A DNA stretch of 64,000 nt from Felis catus (lineage: Eukaryota). The translations under genes were made by a program, and so were the position numbers. Positions within the stretch are counted from its first letter, which is position 1. Each line of letters opens with the position of its first letter. Below, piece by piece: positions 1 through 9,891 of the stretch. Under the pieces are notes generated by a model. That model saw only the letters and a list, made by a program, of their open reading frames with translations, made no database searches and had not been told where the DNA came from. Location of the stretch: positions 235,168,001 through 235,232,000 of the forward strand of contig NC_058368.1 in NCBI RefSeq assembly GCF_018350175.1, given 5' to 3'.

Positions 1-186
1 TCAGAGATGACATCGCCACATGGTTTGTGGAAGGCCGTAGGGAGCGGGATGTGGTGTGGTGCTCGCACTGGTGGGAAAGGCAGCGCCCCTGCAGGACAGG
101 TCAGCGGACCCCTTGTGGAGCTGCAGTGGGAAATCAGTCTCGAGTGATGATGTGGGATTTCAGCGGAAGGAAGGAATGGCTCACAG

Positions 187-190
<4 letters not shown>

Positions 191-230
<40 letters not shown>
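191..230. repeat. (TG)20 microsatellite
   Basis: Perfect TG run read directly. Confidence 0.97.
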
Positions 231-231
<1 letters not shown>

Positions 232-959
232 ATGCGCGCGAACGCACGCACACGGAGGGGTTGTGTTACTGGGCAAGGATGTCATGAAAGACTTGAGCTG
301 ATTCCAGACTCAAGTTGGACAGCAGCATGAGAGAAGAAGGAATTGCCTACTGGAATTCCAAAGCAGACTCAAGGGGCCCCCCTATTTGAAACAGGTGGGA
401 GTGAGGGATACTCTATGCAGCCAAGCAGGACGTCAAACTGTAAAACCGTGAAACCGAGGGAGGGGGTCCCGCAGACCAGCAAGTCCCTCTACCTGGGCAA
501 GAATTTGAGAGTCAAAACCAAACTAGTCCAGGCTTGGTCTATTAGTCGGTCCAGTTAAACATTCTTGAGTAGAACAAGGAAGTTGGGGTGGAGCCAGGAA
601 CCAGGGTCCTCTTGCGGGGTGGGGAACAAGAGCGCCTTCAAGAAACGGTAAGTCAAAGTGCCAGGCTGTGGCAATGCAGATGGGGGCACGCAGGTGAGCA
701 TGGCTCCGGCAATCCTTACGGTGAAGGGGCGGGGGTGGGTCAGGCCAGTGGAACACAGCGGCTGGAGCCACGGGGTTTGGATACTGGCATGCATGCAACC
801 TAAAACAGGTAGAGACTTCTGGAGAAGCATCCACGGCAAACAAAGAAACTTCTGAGAAGCATCCCATCCATGGGGAGAATGGATGATCAGAGAACTCACC
901 CTGGAATAAGCATTTTGTTAAATCCAGGTCAGTTGAAAGGGACAGGAGAGTGTCACTGG

Positions 960-1145
960 CCTGGAGTTGGACTTGAGTCCTGCCGTTTACTCGTGTTGAA
1001 TTTCTACAAGTTCTATAGCTTCTGTGCTTCCATTTGTTGGGAACAACAATAATACTCCCGCTCACAGTGATAATGTGAGGATTAGCGTCTTTTTATTTGC
1101 ACCATGTCCAGCCCACAATCCAGGCTCAGTAAGTTCAGCTGTTAA
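960..1145 (+). mobile_element. MIR remnant
   Basis: AATAATACTCCCGCTCACAGTGATAATGTGAGGATTA resembles the MIR 3' half; heavily diverged. Confidence 0.55.
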
Positions 1146-1870
1146 TGAAAATATAACATAGAAAGAAAATCAGATCATAAGCAGGACGGAGGCTGTCCAG
1201 GGCGTCCAGATAACTGAGCTCAGCTGAGCCAACCCACATTCACCCCCAGGGTCGGCGCTGGCCTTCGTGCGCACCCAGATTCTTCCTCCACTGCAGGATT
1301 GGCCGCGGAATTAGCGGGGCTCAGTGCAGGGCCTCTTGTTCAAAATTATGGAGAGCTTCAAGACAGCGCAGAGACAAGTCCAGGTAGATACACAGAGTAA
1401 AAGTAAACGGACGAAACTCAACAGTGACAATTAGAGACAGGGTTGAATTTTGAAATCCAACTACATGTTACATCTAAAGGACACATCTGAACGTACAGAC
1501 CCAGAAAGGGCGGAAGTAAAACTACAGGAAGGTGTAAATACGCAAATGCTAATCATAAGAGCGCTGAGCTCACTGTTTTGATAGCAATGAAAACTTTAAG
1601 GCGAAAAGCATTTTAGGCCCAGAGAGGGTCACTACAAAATAATTTTGTAAATCAGCTCAGTGAGAGCAGGTAAAAATTCTAAGCTCTGTGAAGCTTGTAA
1701 AATGTTCCTAAATATTTAAATAAAGTATTGACAGATATACAGGGAGGAAATGAAAATCTACCCATATGGTGTGGTCTTTCAACACTGTTCTCAATGACCG
1801 TTAGCTCAAACAGGGAGAAATTACCAAAGGTACAGAGAAGGGTTGAACAACACAGTTGATGGATAATTTT

Positions 1871-2084
1871 TATTTTTTTCAACTTTTTTTTTTATGAAAG
1901 AGAGAGAGAGAGAGAGAGCACAAGCAGGGGAGGGGCAGAGAGAGAGGAGACACAGAATCCGAAGCAGGCTTCAGGCTCTGAGCTGTCAGCACAGAGCCCG
2001 ACGCGGGGCTCGAACTCATGCTCCTCAAGATCATGCCCTGGGCCAAAGTCAGACACTTAACCGACTGAGCCACCTAAGCGCCCC
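1871..2084 (-). mobile_element. Can-SINE (SINEC_Fc2-like)
   Basis: tRNA-derived head, (CT)n, A-tail; 15 bp TSD TTGATGGATAATTTT at 1856-1870 and 2088-2102. Confidence 0.95.
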
Positions 2085-2087
2085 GAA

Positions 2088-2597
2088 TTGATGGATAATT
2101 TTATGTCAACCTACCGGGGCTAAGGGATGCTGGAGAGCTGGTAGAACATCATCTCTGGGTGTGACTGTGCAGGTGCCTCTGGAGGACCTTAGCACTGACT
2201 CTGCAGACTGGGCAAAGATCTGCCCTCAGCAGCGTGGGCACGCACCATCCAACCCAGGGAGGCCAGAATGGAACAGGAAGTAGAGGAAGGCTGAATTCTG
2301 TCTTTCCTGCAGCTATGACATCCATCTTGTCCTGCCCTTTAACATCAGACATTTTGGTTCTTGGGCTTTCGACTCAGGGACCCATACCATCAGCTTCCCC
2401 TTCCCTGTTCTCAAGTCTTCAGGACTCACACTCGGCCACACCACCGGCTTTCCTGTGTCTCCAGCTTGCAGACAACAGACTGAGGGACTGCTCAATGCCC
2501 ATAACCGCGTGAGCCAATTCCTACAGTAATTCTCCCTTTGTACATATCAACGTATCCCCTATTGGTTCTGTTTCTCTGAAAACCCCTGACTAATACG
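2088..2597 (+). mobile_element. MLT2-family solo LTR (ERVL)
   Basis: Starts TGATGGATAATTTTATGTCAAC...GGGCTAAGGGATGC and ends CCTATTGGTTCTGTTTCTCTGAAAACCCCTGACTAATAC, both MLT2 hallmarks. Confidence 0.88.
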
Positions 2598-2841
2598 CCG
2601 ATTAAGCAGTACGTTTTAGTGGACTTTATAGAATTCTGCACCTTACAATTAAAGAATCACATTGATCTCCAACGCACGAGACATTTACAAAAGTTGGCCA
2701 TGCACAGAGGCATAAAACAAGTCGCCCCAGAGCTCAAATAATTTGTGTTGGGCAGATCATGTTGCAATTGATCTAGAAGTCAACAAGGAAAGGAAAGGAA
2801 AAGGCCTGCACATACTTAAAAGATCAAAGGCCTACTTAAAG

Positions 2842-2896
2842 TTTTTTAAGTTTTTTTTAATTTATTTTGAGAGAGAGAGAGAGAGAAAGAGAGAGT

Positions 2897-2932
<36 letters not shown>

Positions 2933-3049
2933 CCATGCTGAGCATGGAGCCCAATGTGAGGCTCCAACTCATGAACCGTGAGTGAGATCATGACCTGAAC
3001 CTACTACAGGAGTTGGACTCTTAACTGACTGAGCCACCCAGGTGCCCCC
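2842..3049 (-). mobile_element. Can-SINE (older subfamily)
   Basis: GAGCCACCCAGGTGCCCC head on the minus strand, long (GA)n, T-tail. Confidence 0.9.
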
Positions 3050-5289
3050 AAAAGACCCACTTTTAAATGACTCATGGGTCAAAGGAGAAATGGAATTTAG
3101 AAACATTGAGAAAGGAATGACAATGAAAATACTTCATGAAAACATGCGAGATGAGAATAAGGTAACATAAACAAGATTTTACTTCTACCCTCTTTTACTA
3201 AAAAGAAGGTGGTCTGGATACTAAGGAGTTAAGCATCCAACTTTAAGAGTTAGAAAGTGAATCATTGAACAGACCCAAATAAAGCAAATGTGAGGAGATA
3301 ATAATGTGGGGACAGAAATCAATTAAATAGTCAACAGGGAAGAGAGAGCCAAACGTTGATTTTGGGGAAGGTTCATAAAATGGATAAACGTCTAGTAAGA
3401 CTGATTAAGAAAATAAGAGAAAAGGCAAAGATAAGCCACCTGAGGAAGGAAAGTGGACATAACTCCACATTCAACACAGATTAAAATAAGATATACAGAA
3501 CTTCACACCAACAAATTTGGAAACTTCAAATGGAAAAATTACAGAAAAATGTAACTTGGCAAAACCAAATCTAGACAAAAGTCTGAAAGCATCATCAAGA
3601 ATACCAAATAAACTTAAGTAGTAGTTAAAAATGTTCCTACAGAGAAAATACCAGGCCCACGTGGTGTTACAAGAAAGTCCTCCCAGACTTTGAATCTTAT
3701 GCAAATTCTCCCAGAGCATAGGAAAAAAAAAAATATTCCCCAAGTATTCATGAGACTGTATATCTTGACAGTGAAGTTAGAACAGGAACAGTGCATTAAA
3801 AAAAAGCAAACACAAGAAGAAAAAAATGACAGGCTAAACTCACTCCCAAGCCCTGTTTCAATATCCTTTAAATAAAATATTAGCAAACTGAATCCGGCAG
3901 TATATAAAAAACGATAATCCGTAGGTATACAGGGCACTTTCTGCAGCAATTGAAGTAGGATTTGATATTAGAAAGCCTATAAATATTGCTGATAACATTA
4001 ACAGATTAAAGGACCAAACTGAATGATTTTCTCAATAAATTGGAAAAACCATGCATTTTCTTATGAGAATAACACCTCCTGATTCACCTTTTTAATCCGC
4101 GTGTTTTTGAGGTTCTGTTAGATTTAATACATAAACAAGTATCGTAGGAATTGGGGTAAGGATTACTAGAATTCCATTTGTGTTTATATGTTATTGATGT
4201 AAAATATTTTCATAAAAGCAATGCCCCGTGCAAAGCAGATGAGTAAGTCAAAATCAATTCTCTGTCTTTGAGACACAGGGATTCTGCTGGCCATACCGTC
4301 CTTCACCCAAGGACCCACCTGGTCCATGCAGTCTGTGCCCCACACCCACCCTTGACCCACACCCAGTGCCCTGCATGTACTTTCATGCCCACCCTGTACC
4401 ACTGGCCTGCCCATTTCCTGCCAGAGCTGGAGCCCATGGGATCACAACTCCCTGCAAGGTTACTTCTGTCTCAGTCATACCTGTAATGAGGACGGTCACG
4501 ACGCAGTTAAAGGCTCTCAGCTCTGCCCTCCTGTGCCAGGACATATGGGAGAAACCTTACCTCCCTGCTCCAGGGTACCATTCAAGAGAGTCCCTCTCCT
4601 CTCCTGAATCACGGGAACTCACCGTGGGGTGTCGCTGGGAACATCCAATTGTGCGGTTTATGAACTAAGACAACCCCCAAGTCAGGCCGGGCAGTGGGTC
4701 CCCAAGGCACATGATCTGCCCCAACAGAAGCCCAGAAGCTGCTTTCCAAGTGGAGAATGTCAGCAGGAGGGGGCATAGCCTTGACCTGAAACTCTGGGAT
4801 CTAAGCGGAGGTCTCCCCCGAGGCCCCGTGCAGTACTTCTCTCCGCCAACAATGTCCGGTTGGCTGGCCGGTTCTGTGCAGGTACAGGACGGCCCTCAAC
4901 AGCAGGACCTGTTCCCCCTCCACGGCCTGCTCGGAGCTGGTGGGGAAGACAGCCAATCAAACAGGAAATAAGCAACGCATGTCAAAGGTCTGATGGTAGT
5001 AAGTTCTGTGCCCAGAAAGGACAAAACAAGGCAGCAGATCAGAGAGGACTGGGGAGGACGGAGTGTTGGACAAGGTGAGTGAGCACAGAGGCCCGACCTG
5101 AACGAAGGTTTGAGTTCAGTGGAGGGACAGGCTGTGGGTGTCAGGGAAAGAGTGTGTTGAAGAAAGGAAAGAGAACTCTCCAAGTTGGCAAGAATTCGCT
5201 GATGGGACCGGCAGGAAATGGCGAGCTGTTCCCCCAGCCTCCCTCCCCACCCTCCTGAGTTTCTGAGCCCCCTGGCAAACCTTTTTTTT

Positions 5290-5293
<4 letters not shown>

Positions 5294-5320
<27 letters not shown>

Positions 5321-5544
5321 TTATTTTTTTAATTTTTTTTTCAACGTTTATTTATTTTTGGGACAGAGAGAGACAGAGCATGAACGGGGGAGGGGCAGAG
5401 AGAGAGGGAGACACAGAATCGGAAACAGGCTCCAGGCTCCGAGCCATCAGCCCAGAGCCCGACGCGGGGCTCGAACTCCCAGACCGCGAGATCGTGACCT
5501 GGCTGAAGTCGGACGCTTAACCGACTGCGCCACCCAGGCGCCCC
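5294..5544 (-). mobile_element. Young Felis-type Can-SINE (SINEC_Fc)
   Basis: CpG-intact; minus strand reads GGGGCGCCTGGGTGGCGCAGTCGGTTAAGCGTCCGACTTCAGCCAGG; perfect TSD AAACCTTTTTTTTTTAA. Confidence 0.97.
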
Positions 5545-5903
5545 AAACCTTTTTTTTTTAAATGATGGCCCCAAAGCTTCAAGTTTTCATGTAGACCCAA
5601 TGTAGGATGTAGATTTTATATCACAATAAACCAAAGTTGCCATATTTGACTTCTTTCCTAGAAAAGTGTAAATCCTCAATTAAAGCATTTTACATTTAAA
5701 TGTATGTAAAGGAAGGAGCTTTCTCTAAAAGCCTTTCTATTCCTTTAAGCAGCATTTTAGGGATAGCCATTATGATGTTGTAACTTCTAGTTTGCGCTTT
5801 GAATGGTAACAGGGATGATTTCTTGTCCTGATTCTCTCTGAGCACTCACCGTTGCCTCCATACCCACAGCTGCAATAGCTGAAACAGAGAAGAAGAAAAC
5901 CTG

Positions 5904-6115
5904 GGGGGCACCTGGGGGGCTCACATGGTTGAGGATCCTACTCTTGATTTCAGCCCATGATCCCAGGGTCGTGGGATCAAGCCCCATGTAGGGCTCCGTG
6001 CTCAGCGTGGAGCCTGCTTGGCATTCTCTCTCTCCTTCTGCCCTACTTGCCCTCTCTTTCTGTCTCCTTCTCTCTTTCTCTTAAATAAGTAAATAAATAT
6101 TTAAAAAAAAGAAAA
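5904..6115 (+). mobile_element. Can-SINE (older subfamily)
   Basis: Head GGGGCACCTGG, CTCTTGATTTCAGC, CT-rich tract, A-tail; outer TSD AAGAAAACCTG at 5893-5903 and 6341-6351. Confidence 0.92.
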
Positions 6116-6330
6116 GGGGCACCTGGGAGGCTCCGTTGGTTAAGCATCCAACTTTGGCTCGGGTCATGATCTCATGGTCTGTGGGTTCGAGCCCCGCCTC
6201 AGGCTCTGTGCTGACAGCTCAGAGCCTGGAGCCTGCTTTGGATTCTGTGTCTCTCTGTCTGTCCCTCCACCTCTGGCACTCCGTCTCTCTCTGTCTCAAA
6301 AATAAGTAAACATTAAAAAATGTAAAAAAC
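6116..6330 (+). mobile_element. Can-SINE (SINEC_Fc2-like) inserted in the tail of the preceding SINE
   Basis: Full SINE body; TSD AAAAAAAGAAAA at 6104-6115 and 6331-6342. Confidence 0.93.
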
Positions 6331-6749
6331 AAAAAAAGAAAAGAAAACCTGAAAAGACACTTTGGACTCAAATATGATGAGAAAAGATCTAAGGAATAAA
6401 AGCGCAGTTCAGCGATGGTGGCCCGAGCCATGGCTTTCAGTCCAGAAGCAGAATGTAGCCCCTGATACCCAGCTCTTGAAGAATGAAGGAAACCCCAAAC
6501 GCTGTTGGAAACTGGACCCCCTTTCAGTCAGCAGTGGGGCAAAAGAGTAGGAGGGCAGAGATACAGGCTTGAGATCAAATTAAACCCTGAGACCTCCGCT
6601 CAGTGGCTGGGTCTGGTCCATCCCAGCACCCTCAGCTAGGAGCTACTTGGTGCTTCTACACGCCTGACTCTACTCCAGGGCAGAGGTGTCTCAGTATCTG
6701 CAGTGAAAGGAGAGCTGGAGGCAGGCTAAGGGAGGGGAGAGGGTAGGGA

Positions 6750-6779
6750 GGGGCAGGGGCAGGGGCAGGGGCAGGGGCA
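6750..6779 (+). repeat. (GGGGCA)5 hexamer repeat
   Basis: Read directly. Confidence 0.95.
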
Positions 6780-7269
6780 GGAGAAGAGCAGACAGGGGAA
6801 GGGAGGGAGGGTAGCAGAGCGGGAAGGAGAGAGAGGGCACATAAATAACCCCAAAGCATCCACTCTGAATGATGTCACAAACCAAAACACGGGAAGAAAT
6901 TTTTCGCTAAGAAACACAGCCCACAAAATCAACAATTGGAAAATGCCTTCTCTCAAAACAGAATGGATGTGCGAGCGCTCTGACCAGGACTGCAAGTATG
7001 CGGAGGCTGCTCAGCGAGTCATTTTGGAAGTCCATCTTTGAAAATTACAAGAAATTATGAAACAGTAACAGAGACACAATTGAAGAGACAGGTGGGTGAA
7101 AATCTGGTTGGAAATATTAGAAATTAAACATACAGACACCGACATAAAGCAAAATCGGTCAAACATTGTACAACCAGACACAGTGAAAGAGAGAATCAGG
7201 GAACTGGAACACAGGGCTGAGAACCTGGTGTGGAGTGAGGCTTAGAGAGGCAGGAGTCAGGAGAATAAG

Positions 7270-7322
7270 CGCATGTGTGTGCGTGCATGTGCGTGCATGT
7301 GCGTGTGTGCGTGCGTGTGTGT
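7270..7322. repeat. Mixed (TG)/(TGCG)/(TGCA) alternating purine-pyrimidine tract
   Basis: Read directly. Confidence 0.9.
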
Positions 7323-7346
7323 TTGCGGTTAAGAAGCCTGGAGGAT

Positions 7347-7536
7347 GGGGGTGCCTGGGTGGCTCAGTGGGTTAAGTGTCTGACTCTTGATTTCGGTTTA
7401 GGTCCATGATCCCATGGTTCCTGAGATCGAGCCCCGCCTCAGGCTCCACACTGACAGCACAGAGCCTCCTGGGATTCTCTCTCTCTGCACCCCTCCACCG
7501 CTCATGCTTCTCAAAACAAATGAATAAATTTAACAA
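7347..7536 (+). mobile_element. Can-SINE (older subfamily)
   Basis: SINE head and tail; TSD AAGAA(G/A)CCTGGAGGA at 7331-7345 and 7537-7551. Confidence 0.93.
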
Positions 7537-7703
7537 AAGAAACCTGGAGGACAGAGTGGGAAGCTTCCAGTTTGCTGCAGTACATGCTACTGAAGAAGCA
7601 TGTTGAGGGAACAGCAGGGAAGCATCCTGCTGAGGATTTGCCTGAGTCGAAGAAAGTCAAGGGTCTTCGAACGAAGAGAATGCTCTGACTCTTGACTGAG
7701 AAG

Positions 7704-7940
7704 CATATATAGTTGATATATATCATATGAACTACATGTACAATATATAAAATGTATATACTTGTGTATAATACATGTGAATGTATCTAATATGGGTATA
7801 TATTATATATGCATTATGAGTATAATATATGAGCATATGTTACATATAATAAAATAAAATATATAACAAATATTAGAATTCATAATTAGTATATAATAGT
7901 ATATTTATAGTCACGTCTGCCTACATATATATATATGTTT
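7704..7940. repeat. TA-rich low-complexity tract
   Basis: Degenerate (TA)n; a similar tract resumes at 9892-9992 on the other side of the L1. Confidence 0.85.
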
Positions 7941-8010
7941 ATTTGTTAGAAAGATTATTTTTATTTTTTGTGCATAAAATAAACAGGTTCCCTTAATTTA
8001 GTGAAATGTC

Positions 8011-8394
8011 TTTTTTTATTTTAGTTAACATACAGTGTAATATTGGCTTCAGGAGTAGAATTCAGTGACTCATCACTTACATACAACACCCAGTGCTCTT
8101 CCCAATTAGTGCCCTCCTCAATGCCCATCCCCCATCCAGCCCCTCCCCACCCACCTCCCTCCGACAACCCTCAGTTTGTTCTCTATCACTGAGTTGCTTA
8201 AGGCATGTTTCTCCCTCTCGTTTTTTCTTTACCCCTTTCCCATATGTTCATCTGTTTTCTTTCTTATATTCCACACATGTATGAGATCATATGGTATTTT
8301 TCTTTCTCTGACTGACTTATTTCACTTAGTATAAAACACTTTAGCTCCATCCATGTTGTTGCAAATGGCCAAGTTTCATTTTTTGATGAATATT

Positions 8395-8436
<42 letters not shown>

Positions 8437-8757
8437 CACCACATCTTCTTTATCCATTCATCAATCGATGGACATTTGGGCTGTCTCCAGTTTGGCTATT
8501 GTTGTTACTGCTGCTATAAACATCAGGGTGCATGTACCCCTTCAAGTCATTTTTGTATCCTTTGGGTAAGTACCTAGATGTGCGATTACTAGATTGTAGG
8601 GTAGTTCTGTTTTTAACTTTTTGAGGAACCTCCACACTGTTCGCCAGTGGCCGCACCCATTTGCCTTTCCACCAACAGTGCATCCTCCCCCTTTCTCTGC
8701 ATCCTCGCCAACACTTGTTGCTTCTTGTGTGGTTAATTTCAGGTGTCAGGTGGTATA
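8011..8757 (-). mobile_element. Carnivore L1 3' end (non-inverted part of a 5'-inverted L1)
   Basis: Minus strand gives the ORF2 C-terminus (MHCWWKGKWVRPLANSVEVPQKVKNRTT) and the carnivore 3' UTR with GAGCACTGGGTGTTGTATGTAAGTGATGAGTCACT; internal (TG)n near 8397-8433. Confidence 0.93.
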
Positions 8758-9891
8758 CATGAGTTCAGCAAAGTCACAGTCTATAAAATCAATGTGCAAA
8801 AATCTGTGGTATTTCTATACACCAATAATGAAGCAGCAGAAAAAGAAATCAAGGAATCAATTCCATTTGCAATCGCACCAAAAACAGTAAGATACCTAGG
8901 ATGAAGCCTAACCAAAGAGGTAACAGATCTGTACTCTGAAAACTATAGAAAGTTTATGAAAGAAATCGAAGAAGACACAAAGAAATAGAAAAGCCTTCCA
9001 TGTTCATGGATTGGAAGAAGAGTTTTTAAATGTCTATACTACCCAAAGCAAATCTACATATTTAATGCAATCCCTATCAAAATAGCACCATTTTCTGCAG
9101 ATCTAGGAAAATGCTAAAAGTTGTATGGAAGCAGAAAAGAGCCTGAATAGTCAAAGCAATTCTGAAAAAGAAAAACAAAGCCAGAGGCATGACAACTCCA
9201 GACCTCGAGCTATATTACAAAGCTTTGATCAAGACAGTATGGTATTGGCACAGAAACAGATATGTAGATCAATGGAACAGAATAGAAAGCCCAGAAATGG
9301 ACCCCCAACTATATGGTCAACTAATCTTCTCAATGCAGGAAAGAATATCCAATGGAAAAAAGACACTCTGGTCAAAAAAATGGTGTTGGGAAAACTGGAC
9401 AGCAGAAAAATGAAACTGGACCACTTTCTCATTCCATATGCAAAATTCAAAATGGATAAAAACCTAAATGTGAGCCAAGAAATCATCAAAATCCTAGAGG
9501 AGAACACAGGTAGCAAACCCTTTGACCTTGGCCATAGCAACTTCTTATTAGACATGTCTCCAGAGGCAAGGGAAACAAAAGCAAAAATGAACCACTGGGG
9601 ACCTCATCACAATAAAAGCTTCTGCACAGTGAAGGAAACAATCAACAAAACTAAAAGGCAACCAATAGAATGGGAGAAGATACTTGCAAATGACATATCG
9701 GATAAAGGGTTAGTATCCAAAATCTATAAAGAACTTACCAAACTCAATAACCGAAAAACAAATAATCCAATGAAGAAATGGGCAAAAGACATGAATAGAC
9801 ACTTCTCCAAAGAAGACATCCGGATGGCTGACAGACACATGAAAAGATGCTCAACATCACTCATCATCAGGGAAATACAAATCAAAATACA
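8758..9891 (+). mobile_element. L1 ORF2 segment (inverted part), frameshifted pseudo-ORF
   Basis: ORF track: [32 protein letters not shown] and [30 protein letters not shown]...[16 protein letters not shown], typical of the LINE-1 ORF2p C-terminal half. Confidence 0.96.

Larger units (their letters stand above)
1400..4060 (+). mobile_element. Ancient L1M ORF2 (endonuclease to RT-proximal) fragment, interrupted by MLT2 and two SINEs
   Basis: A-rich degenerate matches to L1 ORF2, e.g. GGACTTTATAGAATTCTGCACC, TAAATGACTCATGGGTCAAAGGAGAAAT, AAAATATTAGCAAACTGAATCC; no open frame. Confidence 0.75.
7010..7700 (+). mobile_element. Ancient L1M ORF1-like remnant
   Basis: AGACACAGTGAAAGAGAGAATCAGGGAACTGGAACACAG resembles the L1 ORF1 coiled-coil region; interrupted by a TG/CG repeat and a SINE. 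Confidence 0.5.

Noticed and set aside
523..1065. 180 aa minus-strand ORF
   Set aside because: Non-ATG start inside a MIR remnant and no recognisable homology.
640..5085. Isolated consensus splice donors (ACG|GTAAGT near 648, AAG|GTGAGT near 5075)
   Set aside because: No matching acceptor or coding frame could be tied to them; such hits are frequent by chance.
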